This document shows positions 61,183-64,000 of a DNA stretch of 64,000 nt, in pieces. Each line of letters begins with the position of its first letter. The stretch's first letter is position 1. The stretch is taken from contig JAUZTB010000001.1 of the NCBI GenBank assembly GCA_034780895.1, positions 72,769,777-72,833,776 on the forward strand, in the 5' to 3' direction. A program made the position numbers and the translations under genes. The notes beneath the pieces are model-generated. The model did no database searches and was not told where the DNA came from. It saw nothing but the letters and a program-made list of their open reading frames with translations. This DNA is from Rhynchobatus australiae. Its lineage: Eukaryota.

Positions 61183-64000
61183 CTGAGGGAGAAACACAAA
61201 AAAAACAGACGTGAAAAGTGAAAGGGAACCACACAAGGTGCCCATCCGCAGGTGACAGCTCTGGAGAACAGTTGGCATCAAAGGTAATGCTGACCAAGGG
61301 CCATCTATTGTTCACAATACCTCTCCTGCTGATGTTCACACTGCACCGAACAATGAGGGAGGAGACTGGACCTCAGTTTAATCTCTCAACTCATCCTTCA
61401 GTGCAGTACTCCCTTAGTACAGCAGGCAATGTTTAGTTGCGCACCCCTTGGGAGTGGGACTTGAACCTTACGACTTAGGAAGCCTTCTATAAGGAGTTGC
61501 TACTCACTGAGCCACAAGACAGCAACATCCCAAAATACCTCACTCAACAATGACAAAACAAAGAAACTTCACTTTCAGTCGTCAGATAAGCACTTATGAC
61601 TTTATTCGATGGCCAATTTCCGATCAGACCAGTGGCAAAACACTCAACTCTTGAGGACACAGAAGGCCCCAGAAGATCCATCTCATCAGACCCATTACCT
61701 CCCCCGTCCCTACTTCCCTGCAGCCTTTTGCAACATTCTCTCTCACACTTGCCCACGAACTCCCCTTAGATTCCCCTGCTGTGTGCACCTACACTAGGGA
61801 TAATTTACAGCAGCTAATTAAAACAACGGACACATTTTCATTGATGCAAGAGGAAACCAGTGCAACAGACGAAACCCCTGCAGTCACAGGAAGAAAATGC
61901 ACATCCCATAAAGAGAGCCCCAGAGGTCAGGATCAAACCCATGTCACTGGAACTGTGAGGCACTGACGTTACCTGTTGTGCCACAGTGCATTTCCAGATG
62001 TGAGATGGCACTTTGGCGCCAAATTTGCTCCTCTGAAGATCTCTGGCTCAGTTCCTCTCTGGTGCTCACTGCTTTAGGCCTTTGCAGAGCAGAACATTCC
62101 CAGTACAGGCTCTTGTGCATCTCATCCCCACCCCACCCACCCAGTTAACCATGCAGGGGATGCTGGGGCAAAAGAGAAGCACCAAATTTCCCACCAATTT
62201 CAGAGAGGCGAGGTGAAGAGGAGAAAGAAATTCTACATTCCACAGGACACACCAATGTGAAGTGCCTGACTCTTGGGAAACCACCTGAACTCTGACCCGT
62301 CCTGCAATGTATACCCCCAAGAGATCTGAAAACCTACCACCCTTGTACATATTAACCAGAGTAAGGACTTTCTGATAAGCCAGTGTCCACATTGCTTCAC
62401 TGACCTGTCAAGTCATAGACATGTCATCAACCATCCAGTTAGACAAACCTTACATTAATCCCATTTATTTTTATTGTCCCCACATTCCCATCAACTGTCT
62501 CCAGACTCTACCAGTTACCTACACAATTTAGTGTCCACTTAACCTATCAACCCACACGCCTCTGGGAAGTGGAAAGAAACAGGCGCACCCAGAGGAAACT
62601 CACCGCAGTCACAGGGAGAACATACAAACTCCATGCAAAACAGCACCCAAGGTCGGGAATGAACCTGGGTCTCTGGCGCTGCGAAGCAGCAGCTTTACTA
62701 GCTGTGCCACCTGGATTCAGCCATGGGTCAGTCTGCAGCACTCCCACCCCAGATTCAGAAGGATGCCAGTTCAAAGCCGGGTATACAATCTTGACTGTCA
62801 TTCCAGCACAGTGGGAGTGCTGCGCTGCCAGAGTACTGGATTTGGACCATACATGCTATACCCTCGCCCCCCCATACTCCCACCCGAAACAGACATCCAC
62901 GATCACATGGCTGTGAGTGGGACTCTGTTTACAGGAGCCTGCTGTCTACAGGTTGGCTTTGCTATATTCCACAGGTAAATGTGCTTTGGAAGTTCATTCC
63001 GACTAAAGTAACTTGAAGGATTCAGAGATCCCGAGGTAATGGCCAGTTTCTGAAATTTTATACCTACTACATTACACACTGCTCCCCCTGAAAGCAAGTC
63101 TGCCAAACAAGATTTGCCATTAACAATTCCAAGTTGGGTGCTTGTGTTGAACAGAAGCTCAATAATTTCATATGGGTGTGCTCACAAAGTGAAAAAAAAT
63201 TCAAACAAAAACACAACAGATGCTGGAGATAAAAACAGAAACTGTTGGAAATACTCCCAGGTCAGGCAGCAGCCATGCAGAAAGGAACAGATTTAATGTC
63301 TCAGCCCGAAGGTGCTTTGTCAGGGCGGGCTGTGTTGGGTCACATGACCCCAGCGTACCCGTGCAGTTGGCTCATCCTGTGGAGAGCTGGAGGAACGGGT
63401 ATGGTATTTCCTCACTCACTGCCACCACTTTCAGACTGTGACTACAGGTGACAGATGTCAACACTTCAGCTCCAACAGAATCCACCAGAACAGACACTGC
63501 TGGCAGCATTTCCCTTCTGAGCATCAATTTTCATGCCTACCATCTGCTGCCCCTGGAATCCCCCTCCCGAAGGGCTCTTTGCACGTTCTTCGTGCGGGCA
63601 GCCACTCTCGCCACTGTCAGAAGGTCACGAGTTCAGGTCGTCGCCTTGGAGACTTCAGCTCAGACCGCCGTCTGAGACTCCTGGTGCTGAAGGAATGCCG
63701 TGCTGTCAGAGGGGATACCTTTCCCAAGAGGGGTTAAAATCCAGCCTGGCAGACCTGACAGAGGAGAGGGAGAACTTGCGCACGAGAGGGGACAGAGCTC
63801 ATTCCAGGTTGCGAAGCCCCACGCAGCAGAATAAGCCATCAGTAACCTCCTGAGAAGCACGGCAAGGGATTGCTGAGCTGGCCCCAACTTCATCCCCTTC
63901 TGAAAGCAAGGGACAAGACAGCTCCTTCCAACCCCAGCACTGCATGGGGTGGGTTCCTGGCCAAGTGGGAGACATAAACAAAGATCTCCCACTGCTGCCC

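Noticed and set aside
63719-63790. Minus-strand SARLDFNP resembling ATIC exon 4 (ARLDFN)
   Set aside because: No GILAR-like upstream residues and no acceptor giving the expected frame; likely coincidence, with exon 4 beyond the window
1-64000. Prokaryote-type systems (operons, CRISPR arrays, defence islands), intact transposon ORFs, tRNA/rRNA genes
   Set aside because: None seen; tRNA-like boxes belong to SINE heads and all retroelement ORFs are disrupted

Overview
Eukaryotic (vertebrate) genomic DNA from a gapped draft assembly with many ~100-N gaps. The repeat content (elasmobranch-type CR1, Penelope-like elements, HE1/V-SINE-like and Deu-domain SINEs) suggests a cartilaginous fish; this is inference. 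The window holds two convergent multi-exon genes. On the + strand is the 3' half of fibronectin (FN1-like): 20 exons from the second half of FnIII-8 through III-9, III-10 (RGD), III-11, EDA, III-12 to 14, V/IIICS+III-15, FnI-10 to 12 and the terminal CPVEC exon, stop at 38445. On the - strand are 12 exons (about exons 5-16) of ATIC/purH, stop at 39636. All exons were joined by hand into open frames with consistent splice phases. Most ORFs in the supplied track are intronic noise or decayed retroelements. I found no evidence of a new multi-gene system. The best leads are altered integrin-binding motifs in fibronectin (synergy site PASHT, no LDV/REDV, VCAM-like IDSP), unusual splicing signals (candidate V-region exitron, EDA lacking its enhancer, a GC-AG intron and a GAG acceptor in ATIC), Penelope-derived hammerhead-ribozyme remnants and hairpins, and very tight tail-to-tail gene ends. 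Human comparisons are from memory and need confirming by alignment.
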